A stretch of DNA of 64,000 bases, taken from contig NC_043012.1 in assembly GCF_006345805.1 (NCBI RefSeq), positions 30,380,001 through 30,444,000 on the forward strand, in the 5' to 3' direction. The notes under the pieces were generated by a model, which searched no databases, was not told the DNA's origin, and worked only from the letters and a program-made list of their open reading frames with translations. The position numbers and the translations under genes were made by a program. Position 1 is the stretch's first letter, and every line of letters begins with the position of its first letter. Positions 1 to 14,282 of the stretch are shown here, piece by piece. The DNA is from Octopus sinensis (lineage: Eukaryota).

Positions 1-133
1 ATAATAAAACATATATATATATACATATATATATATGTATATATATGCATGTATGTAATGTATATGCATATATATGTATATGTCATATACATGTATATGG
101 TATGCATATATATAATATATTATATATATATAT

Positions 134-172
<39 letters not shown>

Positions 173-394
173 GTATGTATATGTATATGTATATATGTAT
201 ATGTATATGTATATATGTACATGTATATATATATATATGTATATGTATTTATATGTATATGTATGTATATATACATATACGTATGTTTATATACACATAT
301 ATATACATTTGTATATATATATTTATACATTTGTCTGTATATACATACATGCATATATATATATGTATATATATATACACATACATTTGTATAT

Positions 395-425
<31 letters not shown>

Positions 426-430
426 CACAC
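1..430. repeat. Compound (TA)n/(TATG)n/(CA)n microsatellite
   Basis: Directly visible; explains the Y/I/M/C-rich ORFs at 45-728, 49-438 and 133-408. Confidence 0.95.
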
Positions 431-671
431 TCGTATAATTTTCAGACGAACTACTGGTGTCGTATTTGGCTTTATTTATGGTTTTCTACATTTAAACAAT
501 GCCCCATTGCACGTGCGAACAACCCCCGTTTCCCTCTCATCCCCCAACTCACACACGCCCCCCACCCCCATACGCTCATTCACTCAGAAACGCACCCTCG
601 TGTACATGCAAACACCCTGGCTATTCATTGACCGAATTCAAAGAACAATCGTTTATGTCATCCTGCTTTAC

Positions 672-886
672 CTTATGGCTGTTAAGTTGAGTCTATTAAG
701 AATAAATCTGTTGAGGAAACAAATCTGAACGAACGTCCGTTTTAGCGAGGAAAACAAAGTTCTTATATATTCTCGCTGCTTTTCTATGTGTTTCTGAGTT
801 AAATATCTGGAAAGAGATGTTGCACTGATGGCCATCTTCAGGGGAATCATTTTTACGTTTGTTGTTCTTTGAATGGAAACGGTTCA
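672..886 (-). CDS. Candidate internal exon of an unidentified minus-strand gene (coding status uncertain)
   Basis: Minus strand: pyrimidine tract ttttcccttccgcgtttgcccctttatttt...acaagctcAG (exon start 886; alternative AG gives 891) and donor ataag|GTAAAG (exon end 672). ATG850 frame [59 protein letters not shown] stays open to the donor. Non-repetitive; no homologue recognised. Confidence 0.35.
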
Positions 887-1223
887 CTGAGCTTGTCAAT
901 AAAATAAAGGGGCAAACGCGGAAGGGAAAAATAACGCTTAAGAAAACCTCAGGTAAAAAAAAAGAATGTAGGTTTTTAATTTAGGGAGAATTTCAATAAT
1001 TTTTGCTGCAGAGTATATTGGTTGATCACATCGTCCATGGTGCTTAGCTAGGACTTTATTTTATCGATCTCGAACCTATGATAGGCATGAGCCATACGAT
1101 ACTTTTCTTGTGCCCCAAATGCCTAACGTGCTAACGATTTTGTCAGCTTATTGCTTTGTTATAAAGTGTAGTAGTAGTAGTAGTAGTAGTAATAATAATT
1201 ATAATAACGATGATGATCTTTCT

Positions 1224-1775
1224 AATTTTGAGGTGCGGGGTAAGTCAATTACATCGACTGGTTCGTTATTTTATTGACCGCCACCCTCCTCGAGGATAAA
1301 GGACAAAGTCAACTTTGGTTAAATTCGAACTCCGGACGTAAGTAGAAATGCTGCCAAGTGTTTTGTCCGACGCTCTAACGACTCTGCCATCTTGTTGTAA
1401 GATATAATAATAATCCTTTCTACTAGAGGTTCAAGGCCTGAGATTTGGGGGAGGGGGATAGTCGATTACATCGACCCCAGTACACAACTGGTACTTATTT
1501 TATCGATCCCCAAAAGGATAAAAGGCACAGTGGACCTCGGCGGAATTTGAACTCAGAACGAGAAAACGGACGAAATTCCACAAGGGGCTAAACACAGAGG
1601 GGACAAACAAGGACAGACAAACGGATTAAGTCAATTACATCGACCCCAGTGCGTAACTGGTATTTAATTTATCGTCTCCGAAAGGATGAAAGGCAAAGTC
1701 GACCTCGGCGGAATTTGAACTCAGTACGTAATGGCAGACGAAATACCGCCAAGCGTTTCGCCCGGCATGCTAAGT
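1224..1775 (-). mobile_element. Three adjacent copies of tRNA-derived SINE family A (~1224-1390, 1412-1576, 1580-1775)
   Basis: Each carries the reverse complement of gttctgagttcaaattccgccgaggtcgactttgcctttcatcctttcggggtcgataaa..agtaccagt (B-box plus central domain resembling the Meta-type SINE domain), matching the full copy at 60630-60865. Confidence 0.85.
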
Positions 1776-2605
1776 TTTCTGTTTACCACAGACCTGAGAA
1801 TCGTAACATCTTTTCACTACATTCAATTTCAATGGTATTTAGATTAAATATCTAACGTTTCTTTTGGAGGTAATCGTCAACTGTTCATATTGTAACCACA
1901 AAAACATTTTGTTTTACGCATCGGAATTAATCAGCAATAACAGCAACAACAAGAAATACACTATTTTGACAAATTCAACGAGCTACGAGGAAAATCCGAC
2001 ATAGTTTTTTTATTAGTTTTCTTAGGTTGTTCCTATAGTCTTTTTTTTTAATATTTAGTTGATGTCAGCTGTACAAAAAGAATAAAATTAAATAGAAACC
2101 TGCTTGTAATAAGAAGCGTATAAAATAGTTTTCTTGCGACCTGTTCTTCACTCAGATGTTTTTAAAGATAACAAACATTGGGATTCTCTATATTTAGAGA
2201 AAAAAAAAATGAAAGAAAAATCATAGGAAATAATAACAAAAATAAAAGGAAACATTTTTTCTTCTCTCTTTTCGCAACAAGTACCCGACCATATTTGCGT
2301 AGAATGTAAAAGAAAGAAAGAAAACTATGGGAAAAAAATAGAAACAAAAAAACTACGAAAGAGGGACCCACTTCCACAGTTTTTATTAGTTTCTGAGGGT
2401 AATTTTATTATTATTATTTTTTTTTATAGTTTATTTATTTATATATTTATTTCTTCTCCCTTTGGTCTTTCATTCCGTAACTGTTCCATTCTTTTATAGT
2501 TTCCATTCCTTATTATTGGTTGTTGCCAAAACTAACATTTCACCCGACTAAGCAGATTTACTGGAAGACGTGTCTTTCATTCTGATCGTTATTTACTTCC
2601 GTATA

Positions 2606-2642
<37 letters not shown>

Positions 2643-3565
2643 ATGTGTGTGGTTGTGTGTGGAAGCATGTGTACATTTCTATAATCTATATTAATTATAT
2701 ACATATAGCCACACACATATCCATACACACACGCGTGTGTGCGTGCGTGTGTTTTACAAGTGTGTTTAGTGCCTGTAGTCACTTCCGTGCGATGGTTTCA
2801 CGCTGGTATCGAATTTTGACACCGCAATCGTCAGCGGACTATTCACAGCGGCAAATGAACACCCCGCTGCTTTACAGGAAAAAGCAGCGTCCCACGATGT
2901 TTTCCCCACTTCCTTTATCCCTCTCGATCTATTTACAGACATGTACGCCCAACTCTCTCTCTCTCTCTCTCTCTTTCTGTACACACACACACACACATAC
3001 ACACACACACACACGCATACACACACATACACATTGCAGAACGCAGCAAAATTGTGTACATACACTTACACCCCTGTGTGGAGGTCTGAAAGACGGCTAA
3101 TTGTGACAATAAAGATATTCTTGTAAAAGAAAATCCTGTAAGGAATGCAGAAAAACAGGCAGATACGTTTGAAAGAAGACTTCGAAAATATTTCCATCGT
3201 GAAATTTGCCATCCAACATACTTCTAATATGAGTTCAAAATACCAGACTCCCTTGTTTTTAAACATAGGCGAAGGAATAAGCAACGATCCATTTAGCACT
3301 TCGTATCCACTGCAACATCGGTGTATATACTCGTTATCGCATCATCCGACGATTGTCTGGATTAATCCAGATATAAGACTCTTAAGTAACGATTTTCTCA
3401 GTTGTGACGATTATATCAATATGTAGACGAAATTATGCATTTAATTAACGTAATTTTTAGAGAATACACGTGTGTATGTACGTGCGTTCTGTGTGTGTGT
3501 GAGGGCGCGTGTGCATGTGCCTGTGTATATATGTATACATGTATATGTAAATATATATATATATA

Positions 3566-3625
<60 letters not shown>

Positions 3626-3834
3626 AGAGAGAGAGAGAGAGAGAGAAAGAGGAGAGAGAGATAGATAGGTAGATATAGATATACGTACACATACATTCGT
3701 GTATAATATATACATACATATACATACATACATACACATATATATATAGACATAACACACACACAAGCACTGGGACTGATTTAATCGACAAACCCCCACC
3801 CTTAAAATTGCTGACCTTTCGCCGAAGTTAGAAA

Positions 3835-4040
3835 ACAAAATAGTTGGCACGTCGAACAAAATGCATATCGCCATTTCACGGTCTGTGTTCCCGTTCTGAG
3901 TTCAAATACCGCCGAAATCGACTTTGCCTTTCATCCTTTTGGGGTCGATAAAATAAGTATCAGTCAAGCACGGGGATCAGTTCAATCGACTTGCTCCCTC
4001 GCATGAAATTGCCTGTCTTGGGCTCGAAATTGAAACCTTT
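3835..4040 (+). mobile_element. SINE family A
   Basis: gttctgagttcaaataccgccgaaatcgactttgcctttcatccttttggggtcgataaaataagtatcagt. Confidence 0.85.
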
Positions 4041-4884
4041 GTAGTTATTATCATTAAATTTAAGAAGATAATCTTAGTACAATAGTTGAAAGAATAGTCT
4101 GTGATATTTCACTAAATTTCATTACATTTTAAGTTTAAATCTCAAAAATATGATAAAATAAAAATATACATAAAAATGTGCAGCGTATACAAACACAGGC
4201 TTTAATGTACTATACAATATTTTTAGTATTTTGGATTTTCTCGAACGCACATATGTCCATCCTCATTGGTAATCCGTCCATCTTTACTTACACAAGAGAC
4301 AGCCATAACGTATTTTTTAAATCAAAATCGGTCGACGACTTTTCAGTTTTCCGGTTCGTTTAATAGTTTTAATCGTTTGGTATCGCCATTGTCGATTATT
4401 ACTAACACACTTTCTCCTTTTTTTGTTTCTTTTTCGCTTAAAACAAATGTCCCAAGATAATCATACCAACGAAATTATGTCGCCTTCGCTTTTCACGCTC
4501 ACTCCTGTAAAATATTATATTCTCTTGCTATCACCATGTTGATTGTTAAGACACTCTTTGAAAGTCTCCCTCTCCACCACCATCACCTTCGTCGCCATGT
4601 TGATCATATTAATGGAGTCGTATCTAGAGACTTTGTGACAACAAATATTAGAAAACCACTTAAAGACTTTATGAAAAATTCTTGCCTCCTAAATGTCAGA
4701 ATTGCGTAATTCTAGTCTGGGTCTTCATTCCAGAATCACTCTCTGCCTGTCTGCCTGTCTGTCTCTCTTTCTCTCCTCCTCTCCCCCCCTTCTCACTCAG
4801 TCCCTTCCACATCTGTTCTTCTGACTCCCAGAACAATTTCAAGTCACGTGTTTCACCAAATTTTCTGTTTTTATCCCTTAATTT

Positions 4885-5297
4885 TTTAATTTGTCTCAGT
4901 CAAGAGACTGCGGCCATGCTGGGGCACCTCCTTGAAGAATTTTAGTCGTTTGTTTTATTCTCGATCTCTTTGGCCGACCCGCTAAGTTATGGAGGATATA
5001 AACACACCAACACGGGTTGTCAAGTGGTGGCGTGGCAAAAACATACATACACATAAATATATATTTACGACGGGCTTCTTATAGTTTCCGTTTACCAAAT
5101 CCACGTACAAGGCTTTGGTCGGCCCTAGGATGCAGTAGAGGACACCACTGACTCAAGTGCCACTCAGTGGGACTGAACCTAAAACCATGTGGTTGGGAAG
5201 CAAGCTTCTTACCACACAGTCACACCTGTGCCTAGGACTGAACCCAGAACCATGTGGCTGGGAAGCAAGCTTCTTACCACACAGCCACGCCTGCGCC
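4885..5297 (-). mobile_element. SINE family B (tRNA head + CORE-like segment + internal microsatellite + tail), with tandemly duplicated head
   Basis: Reverse complement of the family B head occurs twice (~5170-5233, 5234-5297), followed by body and the 3' hairpin at 4897-4910. Confidence 0.85.
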
Positions 5298-5669
5298 TTC
5301 ACAAATCTAAAGATATTTAGATAAAGTCTTGCATGAATGAGAGGAATCTAGTTACCATCTGCTTCCTATGTTTTTTACTTGTTGGGTTCAAACCCTAGCA
5401 GCGGTCTTTATCTTTCACATTTCTGACGGTGGAGGTCGATCAAATGAATACCAGTCATAAGCTCGGGATACTTTTCGTCCATTATTTCTCGCATTCAAGC
5501 CATCTTCATCGTCATCGCCGTCATTACTATCATATCTTCCCCCTCCTCCCCTTCATCCCCTCCTTCCACTACCATCGCCGCCGCCGCCGCCTCCAACTTC
5601 AGCAAAATTACAATGCTGTGAGTATTAGAACAGTCGAATTGCTGACGAACGGAGATCCTAGAGATGGAA

Positions 5670-5840
<171 letters not shown>

Positions 5841-6313
5841 CACAGAAAGAGAGAGGCATGATGAGAGGTAGATGATGAAAGGGTATATGAGTTAGAAAGA
5901 ACGTGAGGGAGAGAGAGACAGCAGAAGAAAGAGACAAAAAGCGTAAAGGAGGAAGATTTTAAAGAAGTAGAAGGCCAGACAGAAAGATAAACAGACAAAG
6001 GGAATGAGAAAGCTTAGAGAGAGAGAGAGAGAGAGAGATAGGAAGACAGGTATATATATATTATATATATATATAATATATATATATATATTAATATATA
6101 ATTATATAGAGAGAGAGAGAGAGAGAGAGGGGGTTGGTGGATAGATAGATATGTAGGATTACAGAGAAAAAAAGCGGATAGAGGGATGGTTAACCAGCTC
6201 GATAGCTAGATAGATAGACAGAGAGATAAAGAGAGAGATTCCCACGCCATTATAGTGTCATATCTGGGTTAACCTGCGCCATTTCCCTGCATCCGAAATC
6301 ATGAAACCGGTTT

Positions 6314-6362
<49 letters not shown>

Positions 6363-6724
6363 CCGCGCCGGCTTTGTGCGTGTTTTATTATTTAAAAAAA
6401 AAAGAACCCCCAAAAAAACTCTACTATGAGAATGTGTGTACACTTGGGTCTTTCACATGTGGATTATATTGATAATAATAATAGCGGGACCACATAACAA
6501 TTAATAACGATAATAATAAGAAGCTAGTAGATGCCGCAGTTGTGGTTGATGTTGTTGATGTTGCTGCAGATGGTGATGATGATGAGAGAGAGAGAAGTAA
6601 AAGATTGTTCAGTCACAAGGGCGAAAACAATGAGGACACATTCACAACACCATCACACACATATATGTGCACATAGATACAAATGCATATATATGACTAT
6701 ATACGTACATACATACATACGTTA

Positions 6725-6764
<40 letters not shown>

Positions 6765-7016
6765 TGCATGTATGTATGTATGTATGTATGTATGTATATT
6801 ATATGTAATATAAGTTTATGTATGTATTTATGTATATATAGACATAAAAGAGAGAGAGAGAGGGGGGAGTGAGAGAGATAATACCAGGTCATCGGTACGT
6901 ATGCCTAAAACTAACAACTAAAAAGTATTTAATGCCATTTCTTCCCCTCACTCGATCAACATCCATCACATTCCAGAAAAGCAACTTCGTCCCCGCCCCG
7001 CCCCCTATATATATAT

Positions 7017-7081
<65 letters not shown>

Positions 7082-8624
7082 GTTATGAACGTACATTCAA
7101 TTAGTTGGGTATTCTTTCAATTCGTTACGAAGACTAGTTTCGCAACAATAGCTCTTCGCATAATTCTTATTAAATAACTTATTTTACATTAAAAATATTT
7201 TTGTACTTTTATTTAAACTGTGAATATTTTAATGGTTATTGAATTATCACATACTGTATAGTTTTATGCTTGTATTATTACAAAATCTGTATCTTCGTTT
7301 CTATGGAGTTAATGAATTGTTCGTGGGTGTTTTAAAACTGTTTACACCATGCGTATATACATACGAGGACGTGTATATTCTTGTTTAATAGATATGTTGT
7401 TGTACACCTAAACAGATATATCGATACGTATATGTCAATGCCTTGATATATCCACAGAGCGTGCAAACTATCAATCACTAAGTCTATTTATTAATAAAGA
7501 TCATTACATTAATAAGTTCTTGAAAGTTTAATTAGTGATTTTAATTAAAGGCAGTATCATTTGAAGGGGAAAAGAGAAGGGGATATAAAAATGAAAAATT
7601 TATATCTTGAAAATTTTATATATTTTATGCTTCCCCTGATGAGTTATCCTTAAAGTTCCTGGGTAGGTTTTGTGTGTTTATTAAAGAAATGTGGCCATTC
7701 TAACTCTATTACGAGTAAATATAATAAATAATAAATAATATAAAAATGAGAACGAAAATTAAAAGAAAACGCACGACCTATTGAAGTGTCATATATTTAC
7801 TATTGAGATGCTAATAATGTTATTAGATAGATGCTTTCGTATGTGAAGGCATCAAGAAATTAAGTTTCTCTGTACGTGCAATACAGAAGGCCTTTGGTTG
7901 CGTATCCACTGGGGCCTTAATCGTCCGTCTTGTATGTAATGTGTTAAATACAAAGTTCTGTTGTTGTAGCCGGTCCCTAAATCGTATTTTGGTTAATGAC
8001 GTATGGTGACAGCGCGGCGGCTGCTTATACAACTGATATCTGCTGTCAGTTTCTGTTCACTGAGCATCCACTTAAGAGTGATGATTGCATTTCTGCGCAT
8101 GAGTGCTTGCGTTCTGATCATCTGGATTCTTCATTTTAACTGTGTTATGGGAATTTTCTACCCTAAGCTAGCTGTATCTTTCTCGTGTTAAATATACCTC
8201 GTATATATATCTAAGATTCCAAAGAGCAAGCTCGTGCTTCATTATTTTCTCATTATTCACGGATGTTACAGTATCATAAGCGAATTTCAGACAAGATTTC
8301 CTCAGTATTGATAAGCTTATTAACGCGTATTTGTATTTAAAGATTTTCTTATAACGATGGGAAGCTGGAAGGTGAAGTTATGAGATGGAGAAAGGATTTG
8401 TTAGGCTACCTAATACACACTATAAATATACCTACTTATAAACACTCTGAAATATAGAATGGAATCTCTGACCATTATATGGTGGTAACGCTTTAATGAA
8501 TCGTTATTCAATCGACTAAATCTCTGATTTCACAAATAAGATCATGAAGCAAAGAGTGACAAACAATTTATGTATGGAATCAGACAAGTGAAAACACGTG
8601 ACTGAGTAACCTTTTACAGACATA

Positions 8625-9800
8625 CAAGTGAGTACCCAAAAGAAACCGGAATTCTGCAATATTTTATTCATTTAGTTTTACATGTTTACACGTTTATCGC
8701 CTTCAAAGTATTCTCCGTTTGAAGCAATGCATCGGTCCAGACGCGTTTGCCACTTTTCGAAGCAGTCCAGGAACTCTTGCGAAGCGATGCCTTTTAACGA
8801 CTCCCTCGTTTTTTCTTCCACATCTACAAAACGTTTTCCTTTAAGGTCTTTTTTCATTCGGGGGAACAAAAATGTCAGAGGGAGCAAGATTGAGTGAATA
8901 GGGAGGGTGAGTAAGCGGGGTCATGCTATTTTTAGTCAAAACCTCTCTCACACTCAAGGCGGTGTGCGCAAGCGCATTGTCGTGATTAAACCACTACTCT
9001 CCACTGGTCGGGGCGTTTTCGTCTCGCCGTGTCTCGCAAATGCTTCACAACCGCCAAATAAAATGTCTGGTTAACAGTTTGACTAAGTGGAACAAATTCT
9101 GTGTGGTCAATTCCTGTCCCATTGATGAAACAAATTAGATTCGTCTTGACATTGGACTTCTCTTGATGCGCTTTTGGGGGGCGTGGCAACATTGAATGCT
9201 TCCATTGACTCGATTGCTGCTTCGTTCTCGGGTCGTAGCCATCACACCGGCTTTCGTTACCAGTGATGACCTTCGAAACGAGGTCCGGGTCAACTTCCAA
9301 CTGTTCTTTCAGTTCACGACACACATTCAGTAGTGACTGCTTTTGATCTTCTTTGAGCAAGCGAGGCAGAGATTTGGCTGCGACTACTCCTAATTTGCAA
9401 TTCCTCGCTCAAATTTCGTTGGCAGGAACCCCAGGACACACCAGTCATATCAACAAGTTCGTCAGTTGTTCAGTGACGGTCCTCCAAGATCAGTTCATGA
9501 GTTTTCAGGATGTTTTCATTCTTTCGGGAAAGTGAGAAGTGACCATTCCTAAAGCGTGGAAACCATTCGTAAACTTATGTTTTGCTCATGGCAGCGTCCT
9601 TGTAAGCTGTTTAAGGCATAACATCGGTTTCGGTCACCGTTTTCCACAGCAGGAAACAGAATTTCACGGAAGCACGCTGTCCCTTCGTTTCAATCATCGC
9701 AAAAATCGACGAACAGGAGAGAAACACTGCAAAACAAAGACGCAACACATCACGACGCCAGTCGGCAGGCTGATGCCTGAGGGTCGCATAAAGTGACTTC
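8625..9800 (-). mobile_element. Decayed mariner (Tc1/mariner) DNA transposon
   Basis: TA followed by TIR-like caagtgagtacccaaaagaaaccggaat at 8625; transposase remnants across 8678-9697; 5' TIR not clearly recognisable. Confidence 0.9.
8678..9697 (-). pseudogene. Mariner transposase pseudogene
   Basis: Fragments MIETKGQRASVKFCFLL, KVITGNESRCDGYDPRTKQQSSQWKH, HDNALAHTAL, HPPYSLNLAPSD, LKGKRF...RCIASNGEYFEGD match mariner motifs; multiple stops and frameshifts. Confidence 0.92.
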
Positions 9801-10667
9801 TGGTGGCGGAAGCCTGAACTAAAATAAGATACCCGTAATTTGAAAGATTCTTGAAATATCCCATATATAACAAAACGCTTCGACAGACCCCCACCCCTCC
9901 TCTCAAATCCAAACAGTTCTCGCTTTGTTTCGTTCTATTCGAGTTTTTGATTATCCGGTAGACTTAGAGGTACTTTTTTAGTATACGCACACGCACACAC
10001 ACACACACACACACACAACACACACACACACACACACACACACATGGATGATCTCTGTCTCTCTCTCTCTATATATATATATGCGTGTTTGTATGTATGT
10101 ATATTCTCAAACACACACACATGCACATCATGCTTGTATAGCAAAATAGAAACGCACGGATAATATCGATACAAGCATAAATACACACATACGCAGACAC
10201 ACAAGCATACATACAAACACAGACGCATACATACATATATCTATATACACACACAGCCCACTTGTACGCAGCGTTCTCCTCTTTCTTCCCCTACTCCCAC
10301 CACCACTCCGTCTGACCTTTCACACACAGACTGGCATAGCAAAATATTTCAGACCACTTTCTGCCGTCAACCGATCACTTACACACCTAACTGCCTCACT
10401 CCCTTCCTCACTCGCTACCTACCTACCTACCTACCTACCTACCTACCTACCTACCTACATACATACCTACCTACCTATCTACGTACATACATACATACAT
10501 ACATACATACGTTCATGCCTACTTACCTACCCATCAACCTACCTGTCTAGCCATCCGAGTATCTCTCCGTCTATGCGTGCGCGTGTGTGTATATCTATCT
10601 GTCTATATACATACACATATATATATATATATTTACATACTTGTACACATATACACATATATGTGTG

Positions 10668-10739
<72 letters not shown>

Positions 10740-11819
10740 TATAATATATTATTAATATCAGGAAATCAATATTAGAAAATTCTTCATACGATATATACGT
10801 GTGTAGATTAATTGTTGTATTAAAAATATAAATATATATAAATATATGTAAATATATATAAGTATAAATATATAATAATAATAAATATAACAGTTTAAAA
10901 GTTTCGAATTAAGTTTTTAAAGCATCTTACGATCGTTTCGCAGAAGTGCTGTCCCTATAATGAAATCCTATATTGATAAGCATTTATAGACAACACTTCT
11001 GCTCCTCAGAGATATAAAATACGAAATTTGTGTAATTTATCGAATGGTATTTATCTTTAAAAATATGAAGTAATATGGAGAAATGGTGTTTGTTTGAAAT
11101 AGAAATTATAAATTAAAAATTACTGCTTTTGATTTTGGTAAGTACACTTTAGTATGAGAGTCTTTAAATCCATATATGCTTCCTTGGTAAGTAATAATCC
11201 ATAAATGTTATGTGTATAATCCATTATATTGTCTTGTACTCCAAATATAGTTCATAGACTTATGCAATATAGAATAATGGAATCCTATATTGATAAACAT
11301 TTATATATAACTCTTGTGCTCCACAGAAATATCAAATGTGAAATTTGTATAATTTAACGAAATGGTAGTATTTTAAAATTATGATGTAATTCGTTAAATT
11401 AAACCAAGTTATACCATTCGTTATATTATACACATTTCACATTTGATATTTTCAAATAGCAGACTGATGCTTGTTACCCCAGATATACAGCAAATGGATT
11501 GTTTATACACCTATCTAGTTGTTCAGCACAATACTGCCCTGATTAAGAAGCCCTAAGCTAAAGACATTCCAGCTATGACCAACTAGGCTTTCTAGTTACA
11601 ATAAAATATATGTTTTAGACTTCAGTGAAAAGTAAATATAAAGTAGTTACATCACAGCATCGCAGGTTAGTTTCTAAGCTTTTAAAACCATCATCAGAGA
11701 ATGATCACATATTTTCTTTCCAGAGAAAGTTTAGCAGCTTATGGTTTCAGTATGTGTAATTCGCTTAATACTGTTTCCGATAATAAGGGTTCAATTTCTG
11801 CTCATTTATAAAGATATTC

Positions 11820-11956
11820 TTCACATTTCAAAATTTACCTCGCTGCTCAGTTGCGTATCAATAATTTCAACAGTGTGTGTGGCGGGGACACACGGATATC
11901 GGAGAGAAGTGTGAAAATAAAAGAGTATTAGTGGCTTTTGAAACACCCCTCTGTGT
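11820..11956 (-). mobile_element. Possible Tc1/mariner 5' end remnant
   Basis: Minus strand begins TAcacagaggggtgtttcaaaag next to a microsatellite, resembling a Tc1/mariner TIR; no transposase recognisable. Confidence 0.3.
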
Positions 11957-11996
11957 ATACTATATATACATACACACCCATATTTTTCTAATACAC

Positions 11997-11999
<3 letters not shown>

Positions 12000-12027
<28 letters not shown>

Positions 12028-12180
12028 TGTATGTATGTATGTATGTATGTATGTATGTATGTATGTATGTATGTATGTATGTATGTATGTATGTATGTAT
12101 GTATGTATGTATCTATCTATCTTATATCTACACACATATTTTTTCTAATACAATATTGTATGTATGTATGTATGTATCTC

Positions 12181-12232
<52 letters not shown>

Positions 12233-12350
12233 CCATATTTTTCTAATACACATATGTATGTATGTATGTATGTATCTATCTATCTATCTACACACACACA
12301 CACAAATGTACATATATATATATATATGTATATGAGTGAATATATTTACA
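12000..12350. repeat. (TATG)n array with short local duplication
   Basis: About 28 TATG units; cacacccatatttttctaatacacatatgtatg occurs at ~11973 and ~12227. Confidence 0.9.
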
Positions 12351-14248
12351 TAAATATGTATGTGTTAATACATATATTCACTCATATGTACTTATGCATA
12401 CATATTAAATTTTCTCATATGCGTAATGTATAATGTCATGTTGTGTGGATCATATCCTGTATATTTTATAACCAGCCACACTCCATAACGATATCATTTA
12501 TCAACGTATAGCGTCTTTTTTTCACACTTAAATCATTCTGTCAAAAATTGGAAACGTTAGCAAGAATGTAAGGTGTTTATCTTTGAAAGAATCTTCGCTA
12601 CCAAACAACGATCGTCTTCTATGTGTGTGTATGCACGCAAGCATGTTTTTGTATGTCTGTATTATGTATGTAGTATGTGTATGTATGTATGTATGTATGT
12701 ATGTATGTATGTATGTATGTATGTATGTATATATGGTTACTCGTGCATGTATATATGTGTGCTTGTGTGTGTTTGTATATATATATATATGTATGTATGT
12801 ATATATATGCATGTTTGTATGATTCAAACTTTTTTCCCTCAATCTAAATATTCTCTTTTGTTTAGTCTTCTAGTATGTATGTCTCCCATTCTGTCTGTCT
12901 GTCTTATCTTTCTATATAATGTGGTGTTTGTGTTTGTAAAACATTCTCGACACAGTGGTCCTCATGTTATTACAATAGTTACTGTTAATTATTGATAATA
13001 TTTATGTTAATATTTATCTATTATTACTTATTGATAATTATGTTATTTTATAACTCGCTTTTAGTATTACTGTTTACATGGTTGTATATATTCGTAATTG
13101 CTTTTGAAACAGCTGTAGAGGTTTTAAATGAAATTTTGTACGAACACCATTTTTCGATTCCATTTCTTCTATCATACACGCACACACACATACGCATGCA
13201 CATATATATGCATATCATATATGTGCATATGTCTCCGTGTGCATCTATCTACTTGTTTGTCTGTTTGTCTATGTATCTATCGATCTATTTACGTGTATGC
13301 GTATGTATATACATAGATACATCGGTGTTTAATCTATTTGTAAATATGCCTACATCAGTTATCAATCCTCATATTCAGTATCCCTTCTTTGTTGCTGCTG
13401 TCGTCGTCATCACCATCATTATCAGCAGCAGCTCCATCACCACTACTACCACCACCGCCATACACACTCAATTACATCCATAACAAACAACAAAAGAACG
13501 TATCGTTAGCAGTAACATTACGTGTGTAAAATGAATATATTACATTCTATATAAGATGCAGTAATAGCTGTGTAGTGAAGAGCATATGTCTGTACACACA
13601 CAAACACACACACACACATGTACAAATATATATGTATATATATTTATGTGTATATACAAATATATATGTATGTATATGTATATAAATATATCTTCATATA
13701 TTTATATACATATATACATATATATACACTCGCACAACTCCCCCTCACATGCATGTGTTGTATATTGAAACTACAACTTCCTGAATACTTTTAGCGTTGC
13801 CTGTTATGGAAACGATTGAAAAGAAACTAGCAGAACGAGAAATGGTCAGACATAAACGTCTGAAACTAATGAAAATAATCGATGTTTTGCGACGCACCGT
13901 ATTAATTACGGCAGACATGGCGTAGGTGTTAAGTATTCTGGTTCATTTAATATTCATTTAAAATTATTTAGAATCATTTTTTTTCTTTTTGGCGGTTAAA
14001 CCTGAAAAGCTGCTCGTTTAAATATACATGAATGAATGAATACTCGTCCCGCTGTCAGCGTTCATCTGGCGATAAACATACGAATATATGTGCGTATATA
14101 CGAGTGTACGTGAGTGCGTTTGTATGTGTGTGTGGAGTATGTGAGTTCGCGCACGTAGTGGTAAGTAAATATAATGAGAATTTACTAAAAATATATACAT
14201 ATATATATATATTATATATGTATGTACATCTATGTACATGTACATGTG

Positions 14249-14270
<22 letters not shown>

Positions 14271-14282
<12 letters not shown>

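Noticed and set aside
3066-3426. Channel- or SPRY-like words (GVWYFEL, FTMEIFSK) and possible small minus exon ending at GTAAGT 3069
   Set aside because: No sustained similarity in any frame; several equally weak alternative frames.
7362-8203. Possible mariner MITE bounded by TACGAGG…CCTCGTA
   Set aside because: Only 7 bp of contiguous inverted identity.
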